DNA of 64,000 nucleotides. Origin: Candidatus Latescibacterota bacterium. GTDB taxonomy: Bacteria; Latescibacterota; UBA2968; UBA8231. Positions within the stretch are counted from its first letter, which is position 1. Every line of letters starts with the position of its first letter. The notes beneath the pieces were generated by a model. That model did not search any database and was not told where the DNA came from. It saw only the letters and a program-made list of their open reading frames with translations. The stretch is from contig CBDCDC010000001.1 of NCBI GenBank assembly GCA_965215195.1, positions 384,001 through 448,000 of the forward strand. Reading direction: 5' to 3'. Positions 46,530 to 54,952 of the stretch are shown in pieces. The position numbers were made by a program, and so were the translations under genes.

Positions 46530-46584
46530 TCTAGAAGGCAAGGAGGGGTAGCGCGATGGCCGTTTTTTCACAACGCTGCTCCTA

Positions 46585-48225
46585 TCACAACTCCAGACCC
46601 ACGAGATGCTCCTCAAACACCTCCACCTGCCCCGCGTATTGCTCCCGCAGCCTGACGATCAATGCCTCAAAGTACTTGTTCTCCTCGGCCTTTCGCAGCC
46701 AGTACTTGGCCCGCCGAATCGTTTGGGGAAAAGGCTCGGGCCGGTCGGGGATGCGCTCCTCAACCTTGAATATGGAAAAGCCCTCCGCTAGTGCTAAGGG
46801 GCCTTTCAGCTCGCCGATGGGGGCCTTTTCCATGGCCTCGTCGTGGAGCGGACCGAATAGGGCCCGCTCGTACGCATGCAGGTGGATCCGCCCTTGTTGC
46901 TGTGTGGCAAACTGCCGCGTGGTGTGGCGCACGGCGAGCGTCTCCATATCCGCTCCGCCCTCGATTTCCTCGAGCAGCGAATCGGCCATGGCTTGGGTGG
47001 GAACCAGAATCTCCAAAATCACGGTCGCACGCGGCTCCATGAACTTGTGCAGGTTGTTCTCGTAATAGCGACGCGCCGACGCGTCGGTCGTATCGACGCG
47101 GGCCTGCACTTCGCGCTCTTTGAGCGCTTCGAGCAGCAGGGCCTTTTTCTTGTTGTGCAGCCAAGCCACGACCGCCGGGTCCGCGTCCAAGCCCTCCTCG
47201 AGGGCTTCGAGGTAAAACAGTCGGGCCGACAGGATATGCGTATCTATGAAATCGGCCAAGCCCTCGCGGCTGAATTTGAGCTGGTACTGGAAGCGGACCC
47301 GCCAGTACGCATTCATCAAGTCCTCGATGGTGAAGTGCCCGCGGTCGTAGCGGCCCAGAATCCGCTCTCGGTCGGAGGGCGCAAGTTCCCACAAGGCGTT
47401 GCCCTCGGCGATGAGGAACGCGATGGCTGCCGTATCTACTTCAACTTGGTACTTGGGCTTGAGTTTGGCCACCCACTGCTGCTGGACGCGCTCGTACTGC
47501 TGCCGGAAGAGCCACTGGGCGAATACTTGGCGGTAGTGCGCGGGCGCGGGGGCTTCGTCCAGCACCTTGAAAATCTCGTACGCGCCCCGCACCTGAAAAG
47601 GCTGGCTGACCTCGCCCACCGGCACCTCGAACAGGGCGTGGGCAATGGCCAACGGAAGCTGGACATCGCGCAGGTTGTCGCGGCCTATGAAGTGCTCGCT
47701 CAGGAGGCCGCCGTTGGCTGCCGAGCGCTCGGCAGCTACTTCTGCGAAGGGGCGTCCCTGCTCCAACTCTTGGACGACTTGTTGAGCTTGCTCTTGGGTC
47801 GCCACCCGAATGTGCGCCAGCTTGAGCAGGCGGCTCCACTTGCTCTTTGCGAATTGCGCCCGGACTTCCTGCTCCGAGGGCTGGCTCGCGGGTAGCACGT
47901 ATCGCTCTAGGTACTCCTTGACGATCCGGTTCTGCTGCTCCCGCTCCCATTGCGCGGCGAATTGCGCCTCCGCGTCCAAGCCTTGGGCGCGGGCTTCCAC
48001 GAGCATCAATTCCATGTCGATCAGGGTCTGGAGGTAATCCTTGGCCGCGTCCATGCCGGTAGCTTCCGATCGCAGCAGGGCCGGAGTCTCTGCGGCGAAA
48101 AGGGTTAGGTCCTCGCGGGTAATTTCTTTGTCGCCGACGCGGGCGGCCACATGGTCGGCCACATCGCTAGGGCCGCCGCACTGAATCAAGGCGAGCGCGG
48201 CGAGAGTCAAAACGTTCCTGAGCAT
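46585..48225 (-). CDS. Parvulin/PpiC-type peptidyl-prolyl isomerase lipoprotein (two rotamase domains)
   Basis: Start ATG 48225, lipobox-like LIQC, VAARVGDKEIT, HIRV..F..VA..S, VGEVSQP and EILV motifs. Confidence 0.82.
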   Translation of the reverse strand: MLRNVLTLAALALIQCGGPSDVADHVAARVGDKEITREDLTLFAAETPALLRSEATGMDAAKDYLQTLIDMELMLVEARAQGLDAEAQFAAQWEREQQNRIVKEYLERYVLPASQPSEQEVRAQFAKSKWSRLLKLAHIRVATQEQAQQVVQELEQGRPFAEVAAERSAANGGLLSEHFIGRDNLRDVQLPLAIAHALFEVPVGEVSQPFQVRGAYEIFKVLDEAPAPAHYRQVFAQWLFRQQYERVQQQWVAKLKPKYQVEVDTAAIAFLIAEGNALWELAPSDRERILGRYDRGHFTIEDLMNAYWRVRFQYQLKFSREGLADFIDTHILSARLFYLEALEEGLDADPAVVAWLHNKKKALLLEALKEREVQARVDTTDASARRYYENNLHKFMEPRATVILEILVPTQAMADSLLEEIEGGADMETLAVRHTTRQFATQQQGRIHLHAYERALFGPLHDEAMEKAPIGELKGPLALAEGFSIFKVEERIPDRPEPFPQTIRRAKYWLRKAEENKYFEALIVRLREQYAGQVEVFEEHLVGLEL

Positions 48226-48241
48226 TAGAGTTCTCCAGTAG

Positions 48242-48583
48242 CGGCCAACGTTTTTCGTTACGCCCTTTGATAGTCTCGATATTCGCGGTCCTGCGTTTAG
48301 CCTGCCATCCGAATTGCGAGAAGGGCAGATCATTGGCCTTGAAATGTCTATGGCGGACTTGGACGTATCGTACGAAGTAGGATCCCAGACTAAAGAAAGT
48401 ACCTTGTCGGGGAGCGGCCATGTTTGGTTTGACGCCGACCGATTTGTCGATTTTCGCCTGTTAGGTCCCCCCACCTCATCTACCTCAGTAGAGCGCACTA
48501 CTTGGGGCGACGTTAAGACTTGGCATAACCAAGCACCCTGCACTTGGCATCATCCATGCCTCAATCGCCCCGGTCAAAACTAA
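48242..48583 (+). pseudogene. 3' remnant of a secreted CBM9/DOMON-like gene ending in a TWGxxK tail
   Basis: The frame reads FFVTPFD...ELREGQIIGLEMSMADLD...ADRFVDFRLLG...TSVERTTWGDVK, with an upstream in-frame TAG at 48239 and no signal peptide. Confidence 0.6.
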
Positions 48584-48624
48584 CCTCCACGTCTTCAAAA
48601 CCATGCTCCCAATAGGCCGCTAGC

Positions 48625-49506
48625 TCAGGTAATAATCCCAAGCGCCTTCACCTGCGCCAATAGCGTCTCGCGCTCGTCCGGGCGCACGGGTCGCAACGGA
48701 GGCCGGGGGTCGCCGCACTCCATCCCTATGCGCTGACCGACCACGGCCAAGACGCTGCCGAAATAGCCGAATTGCGCCACTGTGCGGTGAAAGGCATTGG
48801 CCCGTTCTTGGGCCGCTTGGGCGGCAGCCAGATCGCCCGCTTGGTGGGCATTCCATACGGCCATCCACAGTTCCGGGGCCGCGCACAAAGGACCATCCAC
48901 CGACCCGACAGCGCCGACGGTCATGGCTGGCAACATCAGCTTGCCGCTACCGATAAAGGCGTCTAGCCCCATGCGGACGAAATCGAGCAGATTGGCAAAT
49001 ACCGGCGACGAGTGTTTCAAGCCGGTCGTCTGGGGCACTTCCTCGACGAGGCGCTGCATTAAGGCTGGACTGACATCTAGACCAGTGCAGCTAGGCAAGT
49101 TGTAGATGAACAACGGCCGATCGGCCGCAGCCCCCACGGCCCGATAGTATTCTACTACGCCGTCGTCGTCGCCTTGGTAGAAGAAAGGGGGCACCGCACA
49201 GACGGCTTCCACTCCGGCTTGGGCTGCGTGGGCCGCCAGTTTTTCGGCCCGCGTCGTGGTGTTGGCCCCCACGTGCATGATGACTTGGGTGCGGCCCGCA
49301 TTCTGGTCGGCGGCGATTTCGGCGATGCGCTGGTTCTCCTCGTCGTCGAGCAGGACGCTCTCGCCGGTGCCGCCGGCGACCCAAAAGCCGTGTACGCCAG
49401 CTTGTATATTGGATTCCATTGTGGCGCGGAAGGCCGCTTCGTTTAAGACCCCATCCTCGTTTTTCGGACTGATGATCGCCGGCACCACCCCGTGGAATTG
49501 TCCCAT
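48625..49506 (-). CDS. Dihydrodipicolinate synthase/N-acetylneuraminate lyase family aldolase
   Basis: GVVPAIISP, GGTGE, PPFFY, IYNLP and GLKHS motifs. ATG 49506 with AAGGAGG. Confidence 0.9.
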   Translation of the reverse strand: MGQFHGVVPAIISPKNEDGVLNEAAFRATMESNIQAGVHGFWVAGGTGESVLLDDEENQRIAEIAADQNAGRTQVIMHVGANTTTRAEKLAAHAAQAGVEAVCAVPPFFYQGDDDGVVEYYRAVGAAADRPLFIYNLPSCTGLDVSPALMQRLVEEVPQTTGLKHSSPVFANLLDFVRMGLDAFIGSGKLMLPAMTVGAVGSVDGPLCAAPELWMAVWNAHQAGDLAAAQAAQERANAFHRTVAQFGYFGSVLAVVGQRIGMECGDPRPPLRPVRPDERETLLAQVKALGIIT

Positions 49507-49526
49507 ATTTTCCTCCTTAGTATAAT
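49498..49526 (+). promoter_or_regulatory. Putative sigma70 promoter for the Gfo-PhyH operon, overlapping the divergent gene start
   Basis: TTGTCC-17 bp-TATAAT. Confidence 0.55.
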
Positions 49527-49614
49527 ACCTCAGCACCCTTTCGCGCCGAGGCGGACCACGCTCAATATAGGCGTCGATTTCTCGGCTTCCAATACTCAGA
49601 CCAAGGAGGATGGT

Positions 49615-50805
49615 ATGAAAAGTTATCGCGTAGCCATACTGGGTTGCCGGGGCCGCGGCACGGCCGCAGCACGTGCATACCACGCCCACCCTCGCACGGA
49701 AGTCGTCGCCCTCTGCGACCTCGTGCAAGACCGGCTCAATGCCCTAGGCGATGAACTCGGAGTCGCGGCCCGTTACACCGATCTAGACGCGATGATCGGC
49801 CAACACCAACCCGATATCGTCGCCATTCCCACTGGCACGGAATTCCACCACCCGCTGGCACTGCGCGTACTCGAATACGGCGTCCACATCGACATTGAAA
49901 AACCCCTGTGCGTCGATTGCCAGCAGGCCGACGCGGTGCTGGCCAAGGCCCGCGAAAAAAACGTGCGCATCGCCGTGCATCATCAAGGGCGCGTGGGCGT
50001 CTATATGAAAGCCGTGGCCAAAGCCCTTGCCGAGGGACGCATCGGCCAGCTATGCCACATCCACGCCCACGGCAAGAACTACTACGGCGGCTACAACCTA
50101 ATGAACATCGGCACACACATAATCAACAACCTGCTCAAGGTCGCCGGCCCGTGCCACAGCGTCGTGGCCACGGCCACCACCGATGGCCGCCCCATTAGCC
50201 CGACGGATGTAGTGCCCTCTCCGCAGGGCATGGGCACCATCGCCGGCGAACACATCACGGCGACGCTCCGTTTCGCCGACGGCGTCACTGCAACCCTCCT
50301 GCAACACCGCTTTCCCACCCCGGTCAATCCGGTGATAGAATTCTGCGGCAGCAAAGGCCGCTTAGTGCTCTCGCAGCTCGTCTGGAAAAGGGACCTCGGC
50401 GCGCTCCTGCTGCCGCAGCCTCACTACGCCCTCAACGACGCAAGAGAACCTTGGGAAGTGCTTCCACCCATGTACTGCGCGGGCTACGATCCACAGAGTT
50501 CGGCCCACCCAGACGACTACGCCTATGTAGAGGAGTACGTCGCGGCACTCGATGAGGGCCGCGAGCACGAGTGCAGCGGCCCAGCCGGCCATCACATTGT
50601 GGAAATTATGATGGGCATCTTCGAGTCGGCCGCGTACGGCAAACGGGTGGATTTACCCCAACAGGACCGCACCCATCCCCTCCTGCGCTGGCGGCGCGAA
50701 AACGGCCTGCCCCCACCCGAGCCCATGCCGCGCCCCTACGCCGAGTGGCTGGCGGCCGAGGACGTGCGCTTGGGGCGGAGTGACGGGAGGTCAAAATCGA
50801 CGTGA
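49615..50805 (+). CDS. Gfo/Idh/MocA family oxidoreductase
   Basis: ILGCRGRG, IEKP and NIGTH motifs. ATG 49615 after AAGGAGG. Confidence 0.9.
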   Translation: MKSYRVAILGCRGRGTAAARAYHAHPRTEVVALCDLVQDRLNALGDELGVAARYTDLDAMIGQHQPDIVAIPTGTEFHHPLALRVLEYGVHIDIEKPLCVDCQQADAVLAKAREKNVRIAVHHQGRVGVYMKAVAKALAEGRIGQLCHIHAHGKNYYGGYNLMNIGTHIINNLLKVAGPCHSVVATATTDGRPISPTDVVPSPQGMGTIAGEHITATLRFADGVTATLLQHRFPTPVNPVIEFCGSKGRLVLSQLVWKRDLGALLLPQPHYALNDAREPWEVLPPMYCAGYDPQSSAHPDDYAYVEEYVAALDEGREHECSGPAGHHIVEIMMGIFESAAYGKRVDLPQQDRTHPLLRWRRENGLPPPEPMPRPYAEWLAAEDVRLGRSDGRSKST

Positions 50806-51638
50806 ACAACACGGAAAAATTCCTCTTCGACCTGCAGGGCTTCATCGTCGTCCGCGAGTTCCTCTCGCAGCGCGAAGTCAAAGCGCTCAACCACGCTTTC
50901 GACGCCAACGGGGACCAGCGCCGCGAAGACCCAATCGGCGATCCCAGCGGCAACATGGCTGGGCTGCATAAGCGCGGCATTTTCACCGGCATGCTCACTT
51001 GGGAGCAGCCCCATTGCCAGCCATTCCGCGACCTGCTCGCGCACCGCAAGCTCCTCCCCTACCTCGACACCCTGCACGGACGCGGCTGGAAGCTCGACCA
51101 CGAGCCGTTCATGATCACCGGCCCCAAGGGAATCGAAGGCCTGCGCATCCACGGAACCACCAACGTCCTCTTCAATGGCTCCCGCTTCTATGCGTATTCC
51201 AACGGCCAGATGCGCTGCGGCCTGCTCGTCGTCCAGTACACGTTGCACGACCAGAACCCCGGCGATGGCGGCCTCTGCGTCATTCCGGGCAGCCACAAGG
51301 CGAACTTCCCCTGCCCTCCGAAGATCACGACTTGGGAGGAGCATCAGGAGGTCGTTTACCAAGTGCCCCTGAAGGCCGGCGACATGGTCATCTTCAGCGA
51401 GAACACCTTGCACGGTACCCTGCCGTGGCAGGCGGACCACGACCGCCGCGCCCTGCTCTATCGGTACACGCCCAAGTACCTGCACTACGACGGCGGCACG
51501 TACGAGGTCAACCAGCCAGCATGGGTGTCGGAATTGACCGAGGCGCAGCAGGCAGTGCTCGAGCCACCCTACATCTACCATCACCCCCTCATCGAACCGG
51601 ATGGTGAGACTGTAGTCCGCCCGCGCCGCGAGGATTAG
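50802..51638 (+). CDS. PhyH-family Fe(II)/2OG enzyme with non-canonical HxT
   Basis: FDLQGF, RIHGT, VIPGSHK and GD..IF...LHG...RR motifs. Confidence 0.88.
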   Translation: MNNTEKFLFDLQGFIVVREFLSQREVKALNHAFDANGDQRREDPIGDPSGNMAGLHKRGIFTGMLTWEQPHCQPFRDLLAHRKLLPYLDTLHGRGWKLDHEPFMITGPKGIEGLRIHGTTNVLFNGSRFYAYSNGQMRCGLLVVQYTLHDQNPGDGGLCVIPGSHKANFPCPPKITTWEEHQEVVYQVPLKAGDMVIFSENTLHGTLPWQADHDRRALLYRYTPKYLHYDGGTYEVNQPAWVSELTEAQQAVLEPPYIYHHPLIEPDGETVVRPRRED

Positions 51639-51667
51639 CCTAGCCAGTTCACTACGCGGAGTTACTT

Positions 51668-51865
51668 ATGCCAAAACAAGGAACAATCCTAACGGCTGAA
51701 ATCTATGAGGAGAAAAGGGGACTGTACGTATCTCATTGTCCTCAGATCGGAATAGCCAGCCAAGGCAAGGATGAGGAAGAGGCTCTTAAAAATCTCAAAG
51801 AAGCCGTATCTCTCTACCTTGAAGAAGTTACAGAAAGCCATCAGAGAGAGTTGCACCTTGCCTAA
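51668..51865 (+). CDS. hicB: Short HicB-family antitoxin
   Basis: YVSHCPQIGIASQGKDEEEALKNLKEAVSLYLE, located in a low-GC patch. Confidence 0.85.
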   Translation: MPKQGTILTAEIYEEKRGLYVSHCPQIGIASQGKDEEEALKNLKEAVSLYLEEVTESHQRELHLA

Positions 51866-52089
51866 TCCTAACATTCCCTCTGGCATCTCGTCGAGGAAAG
51901 CCCAAAATGCCCTTCAACGCTTAGGATTTATTTTTAAGCGACAAAGGGGAAGTCATATAGTGATGACCAGAACATACCCCGACACCGACCAGATAGATAC
52001 AATGATTCTTGTTCAAGGCAACGAGATGGCCAAAGGGACCTTAAAAAGCTAACGTGGAAATAGAAAGTTTCTTGGAAAATCTCAAGTAA
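51858..52089 (+). pseudogene. hicA: HicA toxin frameshifted near the 3' end
   Basis: LQRLGF..KRQRGSH...KGTLKS* stops at 52052. The expected tail ANVEIESFLENLK* continues in another frame to 52089. Confidence 0.75.
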
Positions 52090-52145
52090 AAAGACGACGG
52101 CGCGTGGGGTATCCCTATCATGGATCAAGCACAGCCCGAACACCA

Positions 52146-52181
52146 AAAGGCCCCGACGGTAGAAATACCACCGGGGCCTTT
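52146..52181. terminator. Bidirectional terminator-like hairpin between convergent genes
   Basis: AAAGGCCCCG ... CGGGGCCTTT, a 10-bp perfect stem. Confidence 0.7.
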
Positions 52182-52232
52182 GCTTGGGCCACCGTGTGCA
52201 TGGTCTGTCTTTGGCTTGCTTGCGGATCGTCT

Positions 52233-53102
52233 CTAGCCCTGCCACTCCAAATTGATGCTCGTGTACCCGTCCGTATAGCGGCGCAAATGGTCGGGCAGGT
52301 TGGCCAAAAACCACTGGCCTTCCGCTGGGATTTCCCAAGGAATGTCGATGCGGTGGCTGCGGGCGCGGAAGCCGATGCCGCAGGAGAGGCGGGTCTCTTC
52401 GATGCGGTTGGGGAACGCGCCGTGATACGTGCGATGGGCAAAGACGATCATGTCGCCGCCATTGGTGAAGAGCGGAACGAGCCCGGGGATGTCGAAGCCG
52501 TTGTAAGCGCGTTCCTCCGTGCCCTCCGGGTAAAAGGAGCGCCGATCGGCCGTCATGCTGAATCCCTCTGGCCCCGCCCAGTCCTCGACGTGGGAATCCT
52601 CAATGACGCACAGGCCGCCGTGCTCGGGCCGCGAACCTGTTAGGTAAAACCACTTGCCCGACGGCCACAGCCCGCGGTTGAGCACATCGCCCGAATGCTT
52701 GATCTCGGTCGAATAGCCGCACCAATCGGTGTGCCATCCTACCGGAGCCGAGCCGGTCCGGCGGATGATGGCGGCCGAGCGGTGGATCGTCAGTTCCTCC
52801 GTGCCGATTAGGTGCCGGTGAATGTCCATGAAGGGCGCGTAGTCGAGCACCTCCCAAGCGCCCGGGCCGGACTCGATCCAAGCGTGCCGCGTCCGGCTCT
52901 CGCCCGGCTGCAACGCGTGCTCCGGATCCGTGCCATCCCACACCGCCTGCTTGAGCTTGGCAACGATTTCCAGCGGCAGCACGTCTTTGATTATCGCGAA
53001 GCCGTGCGCCTCCAAGCATTCGTCCATCGCGTCGAGCTCGTCAGTGGCGAATTCGTAGGAGTAGCCCAAGTCCGGCTTCTGAATGTGCGAATAGTCTTCC
53101 AC
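52233..53102 (-). CDS. PhyH-family Fe(II)/2OG enzyme with canonical HxD
   Basis: WHTD, LCVIEDSH and GDMIVF...YHG...R motifs. GTG 53102 after AAGGAG. Confidence 0.88.
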   Translation of the reverse strand: MEDYSHIQKPDLGYSYEFATDELDAMDECLEAHGFAIIKDVLPLEIVAKLKQAVWDGTDPEHALQPGESRTRHAWIESGPGAWEVLDYAPFMDIHRHLIGTEELTIHRSAAIIRRTGSAPVGWHTDWCGYSTEIKHSGDVLNRGLWPSGKWFYLTGSRPEHGGLCVIEDSHVEDWAGPEGFSMTADRRSFYPEGTEERAYNGFDIPGLVPLFTNGGDMIVFAHRTYHGAFPNRIEETRLSCGIGFRARSHRIDIPWEIPAEGQWFLANLPDHLRRYTDGYTSINLEWQG

Positions 53103-53119
53103 GACTTTTCTCCTTATTA

Positions 53120-53274
53120 GAAGCGGTCTGAAGTCCCTTGTGTGCAGCAAACAATCTAGGATCGAGGGCGTCTCGCCCGCGAAAAACGCTCCCTCCGAGG
53201 GCCTCTCAACCGCTACTCAACGCGGTCCGCCGGGGGTTTGTCGCGCCTAAAGGCGCGGTGAAGCAGACCGCTTC
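53120..53274. mobile_element. 155-bp MITE-like element with 11-bp terminal inverted repeats and a TTA target duplication
   Basis: TTA|GAAGCGGTCTG (53120-53130) ... CAGACCGCTTC (53264-53274)|TTA. Non-coding, with internal hairpins. Confidence 0.65.
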
Positions 53275-53429
53275 TTAAGAGGCCCTACCAATTCAGATTA
53301 TAGACTGAAGTGGCGCAGTTGGTCTGAAGCGCGGAGGAGTGAGTCCCTGCCGCAACGACACACTCTTTTCTCACTCCTCTCTCAGCGCAGTCGCAATCGG
53401 CAAAGTAGCAGCCAAATCCATGCCCCTGC

Positions 53430-54947
53430 TTAGTCTGCCAGCGCCAGCTCGTAGCAGGCGGCCTCGCTGTCCGTGCGCACTAACAGATAGGGTGCGGCAA
53501 GGGCCGGGGGATTCCAGGTTTTGCCAGCGAAGGCCGTCATGCGCGCCAGTTCGACGTGGCGGTCGGGGCGGGCCTCGACCAAGATCACATCGCCCGATTC
53601 GCTCATTATCAGCAGAATATCGTCTATCAGGATGAGCTGGCCGTGGCCGTAGCGCCCGCGCTTCCAGCGGCGCTTGCCATCTTGCGGATCGAGGCAGACC
53701 AGCACCCCATCGTCGAGGCCATAGACAAAACCATCGCGGTAGACCATGTTGGCAAATTTGGCCTTGAGCCGGGGGCTTTTCCAGACCATATCGCTCGTCA
53801 AGCCGCCGTCGGGCGCGGCGTTCACTTGATACAGCTTGGCACCAATGCCGTAGCCCGTGGAGGCCAGAACCCGGTCCCCGGGCAAGGGCAGGGGGTTGGC
53901 AATGCACTCGACCTGATCCCAAGGCTGACGCCAGAGGGAAACTCCGCTCTGCGGATCGTGCGCGACGACGCTGTGGTTGTTGAAGATCAGGATCTGCTCG
54001 CGTCCAGCCAAAGTGACCAGACGCGGCGAGCTGAAGCCGGCCTTGTCTGTGCCCCCGCCCCAGACAAACGCGCCGTTTTGGCGGTGATAGGCCACTAGCG
54101 AGCGCTCGTCCGGGCCTCCAGCACTGACCACGACCAAAGTGTCGAGGACCAGCGGCGAACAGCTAATGCCCCATACATGGGCCTCAGCCCGGTTGTCGGC
54201 GAGGATGTCCCGCGACCAGATCAGGGCCCCGCTGGCCAGCTCCAAGCAGTTGAGGATGCCAGTAGCACCCAGCGCGAAAACCCGGTCTCCAGCAATGGTG
54301 GGAGTCGCGCGCGGGCCGATGCCGGCTATGACGGTCTCGTAGCGGGTCGAATCGGCGTGGTGCCAGAGCTTGCGGCCCGTTGCCAAGTCGTAGCAGACGA
54401 CCTGCTCCTCGGGGCCGCGTTGCTCCTGAGTTACGGCCCGGCCACCGACAATGGCAAAGGAGGACCACCCTGCGCCCACAGGGCGACGCCAGATTTCGCG
54501 CGGCGGGTGCTTGGTCCAGTCGCGCTCAAGGTGGACGCCGCGGAGGCGGTTGTTGCGCTCGGGGCCGAGAAATTGCGGCCAATCGCGGGCGTCGAGCGCG
54601 GTTGCGTCCCCTCCTTCGACAGCGGTTGCTTCGTCCTTGGTGCCCCAACGCCATTCGAGGATCGGTGCGAAGTCGCCGCTCATACCCTTAATGCGAAAAA
54701 GCCCGATACCAAGCGCAAGGGCAAAGACGATGCCGCCGAAATAGCGCAGGCGCTGTCCCCAAGCTAGCCGCGAGGCAAAGAGCAACCAGAGCAAAAAAAA
54801 GAAAATGGCCAGCATGACGATGGCCATGGTGCCCATCATCTGTCGCTGGCGATGGAGGGATTCGGGCAACCAGATCCACAGGAGCACCAAGACGACGGCG
54901 CTGCCGAGCAGATAGAGGGGCCATAAACGAGGGTTGGCTGAGGACAT
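53430..54947 (-). CDS. Membrane-anchored PQQ-like beta-propeller repeat protein (BamB-like)
   Basis: Three N-terminal TM helices, DWPQFLGP.R, GWSS, PRATP, SCSPL and repeated TG..LW blades. ATG 54947. Confidence 0.85.
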   Translation of the reverse strand: MSSANPRLWPLYLLGSAVVLVLLWIWLPESLHRQRQMMGTMAIVMLAIFFFLLWLLFASRLAWGQRLRYFGGIVFALALGIGLFRIKGMSGDFAPILEWRWGTKDEATAVEGGDATALDARDWPQFLGPERNNRLRGVHLERDWTKHPPREIWRRPVGAGWSSFAIVGGRAVTQEQRGPEEQVVCYDLATGRKLWHHADSTRYETVIAGIGPRATPTIAGDRVFALGATGILNCLELASGALIWSRDILADNRAEAHVWGISCSPLVLDTLVVVSAGGPDERSLVAYHRQNGAFVWGGGTDKAGFSSPRLVTLAGREQILIFNNHSVVAHDPQSGVSLWRQPWDQVECIANPLPLPGDRVLASTGYGIGAKLYQVNAAPDGGLTSDMVWKSPRLKAKFANMVYRDGFVYGLDDGVLVCLDPQDGKRRWKRGRYGHGQLILIDDILLIMSESGDVILVEARPDRHVELARMTAFAGKTWNPPALAAPYLLVRTDSEAACYELALAD

Positions 54948-54952
54948 AGGTA

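Noticed and set aside
51632-52238. Direct repeat GGAT....CTAGCC flanking the hicBA patch
   Set aside because: It has only a 6-bp exact core that overlaps stop-codon context, so it was not counted as evidence.
53198-53286. AGGGCCTCT / AGAGGCCCT as ends of a second mobile element
   Set aside because: The pair straddles the MITE boundary and has no clear target duplication; it is more likely a chance or hairpin match.
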